From Methanocella sp. (GTDB lineage: Archaea; Halobacteriota; Methanocellia; Methanocellales; Methanocellaceae), in contig DATHCY010000249.1 in the NCBI GenBank assembly GCA_035319305.1, positions 1-44,206 of the forward strand: 44,206 bases of DNA. Reading direction: 5' to 3'. This document shows positions 1 through 8,978 of the stretch, piece by piece. The notes under the pieces are model-generated. The model worked only from the letters and a program-made list of their open reading frames with translations, had not been told where the DNA came from and ran no database searches. Made by a program: the position numbers and the translations under genes. How positions within the stretch are numbered: the first letter of the stretch is position 1; each line of letters opens with the position of its first letter.

Positions 1-2
1 CC

Positions 3-497
3 GGCCGATTCCTCATCATTAACGATCCCGGAGAACTGGCGAAGCACGCCTTCGAAGGCGTCAGGCCAGAATTCCGGAAGCAAGTAAAGCCCGGCGACGT
101 CATCGTCGCCGGAGAGAACTTCGGATGCGGCTCCTCCAGAGAGCACGCCCCGCTGGCGCTGAAAGGCGCCGGCATCCGCTGCGTCATCGCGAAATCCTTC
201 GCCCGCATATTCTTCAGAAACTCGATCAACATCGGAGTCACACTGCTCGAATGCCCGGACACCGATCGGATCTCAGAGGACGACGTGCTGGAGATCGACG
301 AAAAGAAAGGCATCATCGTAAATAAAACAAAGAAGGAAAAATACCAAGCGCAGCCAATTCCGGAGTTCCTCATGGAGATCGTGCGAACCGGCGGCCTAAT
401 TGAATACTCGAGAAAAATGGTGGACTCAAAAAGCAAGGAGAAGACAACCAGTAAAAAGGAGAGAAAGAAGAAGGTCGCATTGAAGGAGGTCGAGTGA
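3..497 (+). CDS. leuD: 3-isopropylmalate dehydratase small subunit (5' end outside window)
   Basis: Frame 3 reads [18 protein letters not shown]...[20 protein letters not shown], the LeuD/aconitase swivel signature. Ends GGLIEY plus a Lys-rich tail and overlaps the leuB start. The hydrophobic FLII loop favours isopropylmalate isomerase over homoaconitase. Confidence 0.9.
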   Translation, partial: GRFLIINDPGELAKHAFEGVRPEFRKQVKPGDVIVAGENFGCGSSREHAPLALKGAGIRCVIAKSFARIFFRNSINIGVTLLECPDTDRISEDDVLEIDEKKGIIVNKTKKEKYQAQPIPEFLMEIVRTGGLIEYSRKMVDSKSKEKTTSKKERKKKVALKEVE

Positions 498-1639
498 TGA
501 CCACCTATAAAGTCCCTGTCATCGCCGGAGATGGCATCGGGCCGGAAGTGATCGCCGAAGGCCGCAGGGTCATCGAATCGACGCAGGACGTATATAATTT
601 CAACGTGGAATGGATAGACATGCCCTTCGGGGCAGACCACTACCTGAAGACCGGGGAGACGATCAACGAAAATTCCCTAAAGGAACTCTCAAAGTACCGG
701 GCCATCTACCTGGGATCACTCGGGGACGATAAGAAAGTCAAACCCGGCATCCTAGAGAAGGGCATCCTACTCACAACCAGATTTTATTTTGATCAATACG
801 TCAACCTGCGGCCGGTCAGACTGCTGGAGGGCGTAGAAACCCCGCTCAAAGGCAAGACGGCGGCAGATATCAACTTCTATGTAGTGAGAGAGAATACCGA
901 GGACTTCTACGCCGGCATCGGCGGCCGGGTGAAGAAAGGCTCGGCCAGCCAAGAGCTGGAAGTGGCCCGGCAGATGTACTCGGTCAAGTTCGACCTAGAC
1001 GTGGAGACCGATAGCGACGAGATCGCCTACCAACTGGGAGTCATCTCCAGCGAGGGCGCGAAGAGAGTCATCGAATACGCCTTCGATCTCGCAAACAACA
1101 GACCAAAGAAGCACCTCTCCAGCGTAGACAAGGCCAACGTACTGACAGACATCTACGGGTTCTGGCGAGAGATCTTCTCTAAGACTGCGGCCGGATACCC
1201 AGCGGTCAAGACAGACTTTAACTACGTAGACGCGGTCACCATGTGGTTTGTCAAGAACCCCGAATTCTTTGACGTGGTCGTCTCGCCCAATATGTTCGGC
1301 GACATTATCACAGACCTCGGCGCCATGATCCAAGGCGGCCTGGGCCTAGCTCCGGGCGGCAACATCAACCCAAAGGGAACAAGCATGTTTGAGCCCATGG
1401 GCGGCTCTGCACCCAAATACAAGGGCCTCGACAAGGTCAACCCGATCGCCACCATCTGGGCGGGGGCCATGCTACTGGAACACCTAGGCGAGAAACGAGC
1501 TGCAGACAGTATCATTAATGCCATCGAGACCAATCTGCGCGAAAAGAAGATCAGGACATACGACCTGGGAGGCTCCTCGAGGACGTCCGACGTAGGAAAA
1601 GACATAGCCAAGATCGTCAAACAGCAGGGGCGCCAGTAG
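494..1639 (+). CDS. leuB: 3-isopropylmalate dehydrogenase (isocitrate/isopropylmalate dehydrogenase family)
   Basis: [38 protein letters not shown] and NPIATI motifs; coupled to leuD. Confidence 0.88.
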   Translation: MMTTYKVPVIAGDGIGPEVIAEGRRVIESTQDVYNFNVEWIDMPFGADHYLKTGETINENSLKELSKYRAIYLGSLGDDKKVKPGILEKGILLTTRFYFDQYVNLRPVRLLEGVETPLKGKTAADINFYVVRENTEDFYAGIGGRVKKGSASQELEVARQMYSVKFDLDVETDSDEIAYQLGVISSEGAKRVIEYAFDLANNRPKKHLSSVDKANVLTDIYGFWREIFSKTAAGYPAVKTDFNYVDAVTMWFVKNPEFFDVVVSPNMFGDIITDLGAMIQGGLGLAPGGNINPKGTSMFEPMGGSAPKYKGLDKVNPIATIWAGAMLLEHLGEKRAADSIINAIETNLREKKIRTYDLGGSSRTSDVGKDIAKIVKQQGRQ

Positions 1640-1640
1640 C

Positions 1641-1660
1641 CAAGCCCCCCCCCTTTTTTA
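1641..1660 (+). terminator. Probable archaeal pyrimidine/T-tract terminator after leuB
   Basis: C-run followed by a T-run directly after the stop codon. Confidence 0.45.
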
Positions 1661-1849
1661 TCTCATAAGCCGGATGGGCTGCAGCTGTGCCATTGCCTCT
1701 GCACGACAGCATTCCCGTCTGGCGACGGACCTCAGATTTGCGTCGATCCTGCCTCTGGCAGCATCCCTCGCCTGGCGGGGAGAGGCATGGATGAGATCTG
1801 TAACGGTGCAGACAAGGTTCCGAAGACGGGATATCAGCGCGTTCATCAT
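1658..1849 (-). CDS. Possible small hypothetical protein (63 aa)
   Basis: [15 protein letters not shown]...PIRLMR fills the gap convergent with leuB; no recognisable motif. Confidence 0.25.
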   Translation of the reverse strand: MMNALISRLRNLVCTVTDLIHASPRQARDAARGRIDANLRSVARRECCRAEAMAQLQPIRLMR

Positions 1850-2024
1850 ATCGTGATAGGGGAGCGCCATGATAGAATATGGGGGAATTTTTTTACACCA
1901 GCCATTTACCCCAGGCTGAAAAATCGATCGAGACAGCAGGATCTGAAGCCTCATCCATATTTTATCAATATTTTCGAGCGCAAACAGGTAACGGTTTTAT
2001 AAGGCGACAATCAACCTCTAGCCG

Positions 2025-2822
2025 ATGAGGAAAGATACGATCGAAGCGCGCATCGTCGGCATCGAGCGCGAGATGAAGGAGCTGCGGTCGGAGATCCGGC
2101 AGGAGCTGCGGGAGATGATCTCCGAGCTGAAGGAGTTCCAGGGGCTGATGATCGACGACCGCATCGGCGAGATGCAGGATGCCATGGACCGGCAGTATTG
2201 CCAAGTCGCCTACGATGCTGCCCTGAGCCGGGCCCGGGAGACTTTCCAAGACCAGATACACCACGATTGCCCGCCCGGCTGGAACCGGGACGAGTGCATA
2301 GACCACATGGTAGAAAACCACCTGCGCGCCGATATTGCCGAGATCGAGAACGCGTTGCCTGACCAGGTAGGAAAGACAGTCGAAAGCATCCTGGACCGGG
2401 ATGCTGCGGAGGCGGCACAGGATGCTGGCACCGCCTGCGAAGGCTGCCTGCTAATCTACGACGCCGAGCGCGACCGGCTGCTGGCCATGGCCGAAAAATT
2501 CATCAGATACAGGCAAGGCCTATCCAGGACACGAGAACGCGTCTCGTTCCGCCAACTCCCGGACGACATGGTCGTCTCCGAGATCGTCGGACCGCTATCC
2601 CACAGGGCCAGGTTCGCCATGCTCAAGTGCATGACATCCCGGAGTGCATCGTTCAAGGAGCTGGAGGAGGTGACAGGCTACGACGGAGGCCACCTAGTCT
2701 ACCACCTGAACAAGCTTATCTCCGCCGGACTGACCTGCAAGGACGAGGCCACAGGCCTGTACCAAATCACGGAAAAGGGCGCGAACGTGATGGAAATCGT
2801 CAAGAAGATGTACGAACAGTGA
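2025..2822 (+). CDS. ArsR-type winged-helix regulator with Cys-containing helical N-terminal region
   Basis: C-terminal PLSHRARFAML...SFKELEEVTGYDGGHLVYHLNKLISAGL...YQITEKG winged helix; N-terminal coiled coil and CEGC motif. Confidence 0.85.
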   Translation: MRKDTIEARIVGIEREMKELRSEIRQELREMISELKEFQGLMIDDRIGEMQDAMDRQYCQVAYDAALSRARETFQDQIHHDCPPGWNRDECIDHMVENHLRADIAEIENALPDQVGKTVESILDRDAAEAAQDAGTACEGCLLIYDAERDRLLAMAEKFIRYRQGLSRTRERVSFRQLPDDMVVSEIVGPLSHRARFAMLKCMTSRSASFKELEEVTGYDGGHLVYHLNKLISAGLTCKDEATGLYQITEKGANVMEIVKKMYEQ

Positions 2823-3021
2823 ACTACCCCGCCCTAAAGGACTGGGCTTCCTGTTTCATGGCTGACAGTTTGCAAGCAGCTTCGCTGATTGTATTGACTA
2901 TCTGCTTAATACTCCTGCGGAAACTTAAAGGCAGACTATGTATAGTGAAAATAATCAGGCGAGGACTATCCATCCCCATCCTAAAGGGCGGAGTCTTACA
3001 CCCCTCCACACTCCCAGTCAG
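2819..3021 (-). mobile_element. Non-autonomous IS200/IS605 miniature element (family B: target TTTAT, right end ...GTAGTTCAC)
   Basis: Plus strand starts GTGAACTACCCCGCCCTAAAGGACTGGGCTTC (right-end hairpin) and ends CATCCCCATCCTAAAGGGCGGAG...CCCAGTCAG followed by ATAAA. Both ends are homologous to 4379-4657. Confidence 0.8.
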
Positions 3022-3207
3022 ATAAACCATTCGTTATTGCCAGCCGGTCCGCGCCCATACTCCCGAAGGCTGGTTTTCTTCCTATACTTTTCCACCGGCA
3101 CTGTATTTTAAGAATGTTTCTCTTACAAAAAGAAACATTTCTGTTCATAAAAGAAACGCCTGACAAACCTCGCAGGCCTCTGGGCGGCCAGTTCACGGCC
3201 TCGCCCG

Positions 3208-4107
3208 CTATTCTGTATTGTACACCGCCTCGATGACCTTTTTCCTAATCAGCATGTCGCTGGAGACTATGCGGGACGGCAGCGTGTAGAACGTCCGCCT
3301 GACCGATTCATGGCCCTTGATGCTCTCGAGATCGTCGTCGATATCCTGGCGGGTCTTGCCGTACACGTCGATTATCGAGCCCGACGGGCTGTCCAGCCGC
3401 AACACGTTCCACCGGCTCCGGACGCTATCGATGATGGCCTGCCTGGCCCGCTCGTCACCGTCCTTGAAAAGGATATACAGGCGGTTTGAGGTCATGCCCT
3501 GGAACATGCCCGGCTGGATGACCACCGTGTGCGTAAGCAAATTTCCAGTGATCAGCTTTTCCATGCGCCGTCGGAGAGAACGCTCAGGAATGCAGAGTTC
3601 CCTGGCCATCTTATCCTCTGTCGCCCTCGGGTCGTCCATGAGACACTCGACGATCTTCCAGTCCTGGAGGGACAGCTGCATGGACGGCGCTGCCTCATGG
3701 GGATACAGGATATCTGTGACCCTAGAAGGGCTGATCCTGGCCCGGATCAGATCGACATTGTCCTTCAGCTCCCGATCGCTCCTGAAAAGGACGTACGCCG
3801 AATAGATCCTGCCCGTCGTCTCCACGATGGTCGTGATCCGGCTGATGGTACGAAGAGCCCTCACATCCTTCTGCTTGCAGTACGATCGGTACGCCTCTGC
3901 CAGTACAATAGCCGTCCTATAACCAAACAGCAGCGGGTTAACCCGGGTCCGATACTCGCTAATTATGCCCGCATCCCACATCTGGAAAACCCTGCTCATG
4001 GCCGTCTCCTCCGACACACCCAGCTCAGCAGCCATACTCTCGTAGGAGAACCGGGAGTTTTTTACGAGAAGGCCTAGAATGCGAAAATCGAGCGAGTCCA
4101 AGCACAA
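3208..4107 (-). CDS. Lrp/AsnC-family regulator with duplicated HTH + RAM-like domains
   Basis: LDSLDFRILGLLVKNSRFSYESMAAELGVS and a second LSLQDWKIVECLMDDPRATEDKMARELCI HTH. Confidence 0.85.
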   Translation of the reverse strand: MCLDSLDFRILGLLVKNSRFSYESMAAELGVSEETAMSRVFQMWDAGIISEYRTRVNPLLFGYRTAIVLAEAYRSYCKQKDVRALRTISRITTIVETTGRIYSAYVLFRSDRELKDNVDLIRARISPSRVTDILYPHEAAPSMQLSLQDWKIVECLMDDPRATEDKMARELCIPERSLRRRMEKLITGNLLTHTVVIQPGMFQGMTSNRLYILFKDGDERARQAIIDSVRSRWNVLRLDSPSGSIIDVYGKTRQDIDDDLESIKGHESVRRTFYTLPSRIVSSDMLIRKKVIEAVYNTE

Positions 4108-4160
4108 TCACGAATATGATTGTAGATGATCAAGCTATAAAAAATTAAGGATTAATCAGT

Positions 4161-4378
4161 GCCAACCACCAACGATTAGTCGCTGGCTTGCTCCCCCAAA
4201 TTTCGTACTACCACACGCCTTTCGAGCGGAACACATAGGCTCATCGACCCGGACCCCTGCACACTTGCTGGCAGCCTATACGTAACAGATAAGTTGCAAC
4301 ACAATAAAAGAATTGAAAGTCGGAGTTGAGGGGCGCCGCCCACGTTAAAATGGGCTTCCTCCACCCGCAGCCCAAATC
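4161..4378 (-). mobile_element. Non-autonomous IS200/IS605 miniature element (family A: target TTCAC, right end ...TTG(A/G)C)
   Basis: GCCAACCACCAACGATTAGTCGCTGGCTTGC...AATTTCGTACTACCACACGCC matches 10649 and 14935. The other end GAGTTGAGGGGCG...CCGCAGCCCAAATC|GTGAA matches 15060 and 28398. Confidence 0.75.
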
Positions 4379-4657
4379 GTGAACTACACCGCTCTAAATT
4401 ACGAGGCCTCCTGATTCGATGTTGATAGTTTGCAACCGGTTTACACTAGTGTATTGACCGTCTGCTCCATAGGCAAACCGAGCGGTTCCCACGCTTCTAA
4501 GCAGAGGGTGTGTCCAAATCTGTAAAATTCCATTTACCCCTCAACATTATTTGGTTAAGGTTGATGATGTGCTAATTGAAAGTACTATGTGCGATGCGCG
4601 AGCTGCCTATCTCCGGCTAAAGTCCGGGGCTTTACACCCTTTCACGCTCCCGGTAAG
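4379..4657 (-). mobile_element. Non-autonomous IS200/IS605 miniature element (family B), directly abutting the family A copy
   Basis: GTGAACTACACCGCTCTAAA...GTTTGCAA...GTATTGAC shared with the 2819 copy; ends CTCCGGCTAAAGTCCGGGGCTTTACACCCTTTCACGCTCCCGGTAAG|ATAAA. Confidence 0.78.
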
Positions 4658-4805
4658 ATAAAACTGATATTTTGGATCATCATGGCAAGCGCGTGTTTGT
4701 ATGGCAGAGGGGGTTTACAGATAATCGCCAGCTATATATAGCATTGAATTTTTTTAATTTATATAAGTTATGGGTAAATAAGACAAGTGGTAGTTAGGTG
4801 GTTGA

Positions 4806-5324
4806 ATGAAAATTCTGATGATTGCGATTATGATACTTGTGGTGATGGCCGTTTCGTTGTGCGGCTGCTGTAGTTGCTGCAAGACGAACCTGGCATACAA
4901 AGAATACCAGAGCCCTACAAATACCCCGACCAACCAGTCTTCGACGCACGTGCAAAATGAAGACTGGACGGAAATCAGAGATTTATCAAAAACCCTTGAG
5001 CCTGATACGATGGTTTCGGATAATGTACAAGTCACTGAGCTGCCCTTAACGATAAAAATCGATGTCTCCTCGGACAGTCCCATCTCAATCCTAATCACAG
5101 ACGATGATAATTTCTGGACGTACCTCCAGCAGGTAAATGACAGTGACTCGATTACGGTCGATTGCCTCATGGTCAAAACAGACGTGACCAAAGGAACTTT
5201 CGAGTATAAATTCAACAAGACTGGCAGCTACTGGGTCATCGTCGATAACACCGGGAAGGTCGAAGGCGCTACAGCGGCCAGAAACGCCACGGTATACGAG
5301 GTTATTAGCGGTGCAGTAATTTAG
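4806..5324 (+). CDS. Secreted/lipoprotein-like hypothetical protein with CGCCSCC motif and beta-sandwich C-terminus
   Basis: Hydrophobic signal followed by a Cys cluster, Thr/Pro linker and TGSYWVIVDNT; GGTGG RBS and AT-rich promoter upstream. Confidence 0.75.
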   Translation: MKILMIAIMILVVMAVSLCGCCSCCKTNLAYKEYQSPTNTPTNQSSTHVQNEDWTEIRDLSKTLEPDTMVSDNVQVTELPLTIKIDVSSDSPISILITDDDNFWTYLQQVNDSDSITVDCLMVKTDVTKGTFEYKFNKTGSYWVIVDNTGKVEGATAARNATVYEVISGAVI

Positions 5325-5597
5325 AATCCCGATAACTATGGTCAATTTTATGAAAAGTTGGACCACAAAAGGGCCGCAAAGTACCATCCGGAAATCAACA
5401 TTGAAACGCTGGATGGATTCGTTCGGACGAAGGGCACTGAGGTCACGAACGGCAAATTATGGAGGGTAATGAAGTTCCATGAAGAAATCGGTGCAATTGG
5501 AGGGAAACTCAGCCATTTTGTTCGTGCCGAGGATTCCGTTGGCGCAATTCATGGAAATCCCATCACAGAGACAGAGTTCAAGAGGCTCGCGAGGTAG
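5325..5597 (+). pseudogene. Orphan C-terminal fragment resembling a polymorphic toxin tip
   Basis: No convincing start. AKYHPEINIE...GTEVTNGKLWRVMKFHEEIGA...IHGNPITETEFKRL recalls Rhs/LXG C-terminal domains. Sits 5 nt upstream of an immunity-like gene. Confidence 0.5.
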
Positions 5598-5602
5598 ACC
5601 GC

Positions 5603-5923
5603 ATGCATCCGGAGCAAGTCGATTGGGACTGTGGTGAAGTTGCCTTCTGGGACCTGTACTTCTTGGATCCTGAGAAGCACTTGGCGGCTCAAAATGATGA
5701 TCTCAAGGAAGACCTTGCCCAGATCATTTATCCTGACTCGGTGATACTAGATGTTGGTTGGTATCCAGAGTTTTCTGAGGAAGGCGAGTTCGTTGTAAGG
5801 GTTGCCCGAGAAGGGAAGTGGAATAAACCACTGTTTGAGGAATCACACAAGACTACCCAAGGGCTCCTCAGGTGCTTGCGAGAGGCCGTAATGGTCGCCA
5901 CGAGCCGCAGCGGGCGAAGCTAA
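5603..5923 (+). CDS. Probable toxin immunity protein
   Basis: Small acidic protein with LKEDLAQIIYP...LDVGWYP...GEFVVRV...W motif, typical of genes following bacterial toxin tips (recalled, not searched). Confidence 0.6.
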   Translation: MHPEQVDWDCGEVAFWDLYFLDPEKHLAAQNDDLKEDLAQIIYPDSVILDVGWYPEFSEEGEFVVRVAREGKWNKPLFEESHKTTQGLLRCLREAVMVATSRSGRS

Positions 5924-6263
5924 CCGCACCGAGCGTGAACCCAACCGACGACGGCCTGGGAAGTAGCTCTGGAAGATGTTTCCTTAAGGAAGAATGCCTT
6001 CCACACCCTCAATGTTCCACCTGTGTAACTCCGACGGCACTAGACCGCCTACTGACACCAATAGTATCGCTATCTTTTTCCATAATGACACCCCGATGCA
6101 GGCTTCCGATAATCAAGAACCGTTTCAATATCCTATCATCCCACTCATTTTTAACACACTGATCAGACCCATTTTCAGATAAATACTTAACCGCGGCACA
6201 CTGTTTTTGCCCATCATACGGGCGCATATCAGAACTTATAAAACCTTCCAGGAATGAATAAAT

Positions 6264-6705
6264 ATGGGGATAATAAACGGAGTCATGGAATAAAGATTAT
6301 CTAGAGGAAAATAAAGGTGATGCGTTTAGATTTATTGGGAGGGAGTACCAAGCAATACAGTATTTTGATAATGTGCTGGAATTAAATCCAAATAATGTTA
6401 ATGCATGGTGTAATAAGGGGTACTGCCTTGAAATGCTTGGGAAGTATCAAAAAGCGATAGAATGTTTTGATAAGGCCATTAAAATCTTTGATTTTAAGGT
6501 ATCCGAACCAAAGATTTCGAAAGCGTCAGAATTAGATCCAAAAATGCTAGTATATGGGAAGATAAAGGAACCGCCCTTAGAAAGCTTGGGAGGTATCAGG
6601 AAACAATAGAATGCCATGATACGCCATTATAAAACATTGGAGATAGATCATCAGTTCGAATCTGCAGTAAAAGCTAAGAATAACATCTCAATTAATAGTT
6701 CATAA
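6264..6705 (+). pseudogene. TPR-repeat protein pseudogene (AT-rich)
   Basis: LELNPNNVNAWCNKGYCLEMLGKYQKAIECFDKAI; another frame gives WEDKGTALRKLGRYQETIECHD; internal stops and frameshifts. Confidence 0.75.
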
Positions 6706-6839
6706 ATAATATCGAATAGTAACGAACAGTATCAAATGGGATTTTTTGCCTTGAAATAGGGGGAGATGGTAAGTGAAATTAGAAAATATTGATAATTTAA
6801 ATGAGAGCAGGGGCCATGAATTTTAAAGAGAGCGTATAA

Positions 6840-7241
6840 ATGTCATGGCTTGATTTGGTTAATCGAACAGAGGGAATTCGAGCTGTCTTTTCGGAGGTTG
6901 AACCAAGCCTTGATACAGTGCGTCTTCACGAGATGATTTTTCACCAGGATGGCCCACAGTTGACGTTGCGATTTGATCTCATCGATTTTCCACTTGTCCC
7001 TCCGCCTAGATGGGTGAAGGCTGAGTGTAACACTGTTCAGCTGAGTCTGGTTCTATGTTCAATCTCAGAGGTCAGGTCGGAGGGGTGGACAAGGGATAAT
7101 ATTGGCAAGATCGATATTCAGCCACATATCCCAAAGGGTTTTGCTGTGGAGTTTGCGAGCGATGGCAGCAAGCTAATGGCAATCTGTGACTTTGTTTTTG
7201 TGGAGAGTATCAGCGCATACCAAAACTCAGTGAAAACATAG
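6840..7241 (+). CDS. Immunity protein 50 (Imm50)-like
   Basis: MSWLDL...VFSEVEPSLDTVRLHE...DGPQLTLRFDL.DFP..PPPRW....NTVQLSL......EGW pattern characteristic of Imm50. Confidence 0.75.
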   Translation: MSWLDLVNRTEGIRAVFSEVEPSLDTVRLHEMIFHQDGPQLTLRFDLIDFPLVPPPRWVKAECNTVQLSLVLCSISEVRSEGWTRDNIGKIDIQPHIPKGFAVEFASDGSKLMAICDFVFVESISAYQNSVKT

Positions 7242-7266
7242 TGATTGATAAAAGGTTTAGTATGAT

Positions 7267-7785
7267 GGGGTGCTGGGGTAGCGAAATCCCACAGGCTTTG
7301 GTTGTGGGATGAAGCGTGCCCGCATTACTTTCACAGCGCTATATAAGCGTTTAAGTTTCAACAGGTTCTATGTGTAGTCGTTCTTGAAAGGTTTCGTGCT
7401 CAATAGACACTCAGATCGATGTTGCCCAGGTCCGGGCTTCTCGAGGACAATTATGTTATCGGATGATAGTCCGGAAAACGATACAAATCCCGGTTCGTTA
7501 TGCTATCACGAAGTCCGAGCTGCATAGGCTTGACCGGCTTACGTCACGGATAACTTATGGTGATCGCATTATCTCTGGATACATCGCGGGTAATACTATT
7601 CTTGACCGGGCGAATATTCGGAAAATCACCGTAGAGTCTGGTGCGAAAGACAGGACCGGCCTGTCAAGTGGTTTTGTCCGGCAATGCGAAGATAGGGTTT
7701 TGTGGTCGTGGAACTCATACGAGGCTCTCTACTCTGAATGGGAGAGAAAATTATCAAGTAACCAAGAACGCTTATTGTACATCAC
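7267..7785 (+). mobile_element. IS200/IS605 left end plus 5' fragment of a TnpB-like gene (ORF 7463-7849, truncated)
   Basis: Hairpin GCGAAATCCCACAGGCTTTGGTTGTGGGATGAAGCG matches the left end near 38300 (minus). ORF MIVRKTIQIPVRY...LDRLTSRITY...TGLSSGFVRQCEDRVLWSWNSY resembles an archaeal TnpB N-terminus; no RuvC motifs follow. Confidence 0.6.
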
Positions 7786-8026
7786 GGGCGGCTGTCGCGA
7801 AACATATGTTGGCGTACACTTTTGCTATCAGTTCCCACGCTCAAGTTGAAGTGAAACTGGAATGACTGGACATGGAACTTGGTGATGAGTAGGAGAGGAT
7901 ATGTGCAAGAGAGTTGAGAAAGTTCAACAGGAGGCGTTGAAGTGTGCACACCAGCTTCAACGCCTGTCAGGTTGGATACTAGAAAGCTTGGACGACCAGT
8001 GAACTGCAAAGAAGGTGATTAAACTC

Positions 8027-8259
8027 ATGAGGCCGCAGACTATTCAGCGTCTCGATCAGCTGCTTGCCTCAATGCCGGTTCTTATTGGAGGGGCGGTGCT
8101 AGAAGGCGAGATTGACCTCGCCGAGCAACACATTGGCACAAGATTTGATCCAGACTATCGTGAGTTCCTCATGCGATATGTGGGGGAGCTGTCGTAGGTA
8201 GCCTGCCCGTGCTGGGCCTTCGCCAGGCCGAAGTGATGGGGAACTTTCGAGGACAGTAA
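8027..8259 (+). pseudogene. SMI1/KNR4 (SUKH) immunity protein, frameshifted and truncated
   Basis: GGTGA RBS. EGEIDLAEQHIGTRFDPDYREFLMRY continues after a frameshift near 8180 as GGAVVGSLPVLGLRQAEVMG. Confidence 0.72.
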
Positions 8260-8918
8260 AGTATTGATGCGATTATCCTGCAAGTGATAGTCTCATTAGA
8301 TCTACCATCTCATGTGCACATCTTGTGGGAGGTCCACTCCCAGTAGCATTAACAAATTCTTGAAGAGGACGGGTATTTGAACACCAAGAGCGCACTGTCA
8401 GAAACCTTGATTGATATTGTAGGTACTTATACCGTTGGCGAGATCAATGACAATCTGTCGCTTATTGACTGGTACCAAACACATGGGTCTCTATATGACA
8501 TGCAAGTGGAGATCCTGCGTACTGTCGACATGGGAACCTAGATCTTTGACGTGGAAGACCTACATAATGATAACTTTGAATTGGAAGCTGGCGTTTGCGG
8601 TCAGGGACAGCTGATCCGCGTAATGGCGGTGGATCTGACTCCTGTAATGCTCCGGGAGTTGTCATGGCAGCAATGGATAGGCTTTGCCATGGGTACGCTT
8701 ATGGTTATGAAATTATCATGGGATGTGATAGAGATATTCGCTCATCCATGGCAGTTCGCCGATTTGGTTCAGCATTTTGGATTCTCTGTCGGCATCGTGA
8801 GCTACTTCGACTCGGGGAGTTGGCTCGTCTACCAAGCAACACAAGTCTAATCTAAACTACCATTTTAGGGTTCGAGACGTAACGTGCAAAAAAGTGTTAA
8901 CAGAGGTGAAGGAGCAAG

Positions 8919-8978
8919 AGGCCAACTCATCCCGGCGCTAAAGCAACCGGGTTCCCTTGGCCCTATAGCCCCAATTTC
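8919..8978 (-). mobile_element. Isolated IS200/IS605 left end (family A-like) next to target TTCAT
   Basis: Minus strand TTCAT|GAAATTGGGGCTATAGGGCCAAGGGAACCCGGTTGCTTTAGCGCCGGGATGAG has the same layout as TTCAC|GATCTTGGGGCCGTGGGGTGAAGGAGGCCAGTGGCTTTAGCCATTGG at 28398. Confidence 0.65.

Noticed and set aside
3113-3139. Inverted repeat AATGTTTCT-N9-AGAAACATT
   Set aside because: AT-rich and between convergent gene ends; likely terminator-related or chance.
2627-3196. ORFs 2627-3025, 2824-3030 and 2996-3196
   Set aside because: They run through the non-coding IS element and terminator region; spurious.
5872-6227. Short ORFs after the immunity-like gene
   Set aside because: No RBS, motif or coherent composition.
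7786-8020. Possible WHH/HNH toxin tip upstream of the SMI1 gene
   Set aside because: Context is suggestive, but no intact motif can be read in any frame.
8260-8860. ORFs 8462-8665, 8551-8850 and 8595-8855
   Set aside because: Overlapping short frames without recognisable motifs; probably debris of a foreign gene that I cannot identify.
5915-8870. Integron attC sites between island genes
   Set aside because: No convincing RYYYAAC...GTTRRRY pairs with internal palindromes, and no integrase.
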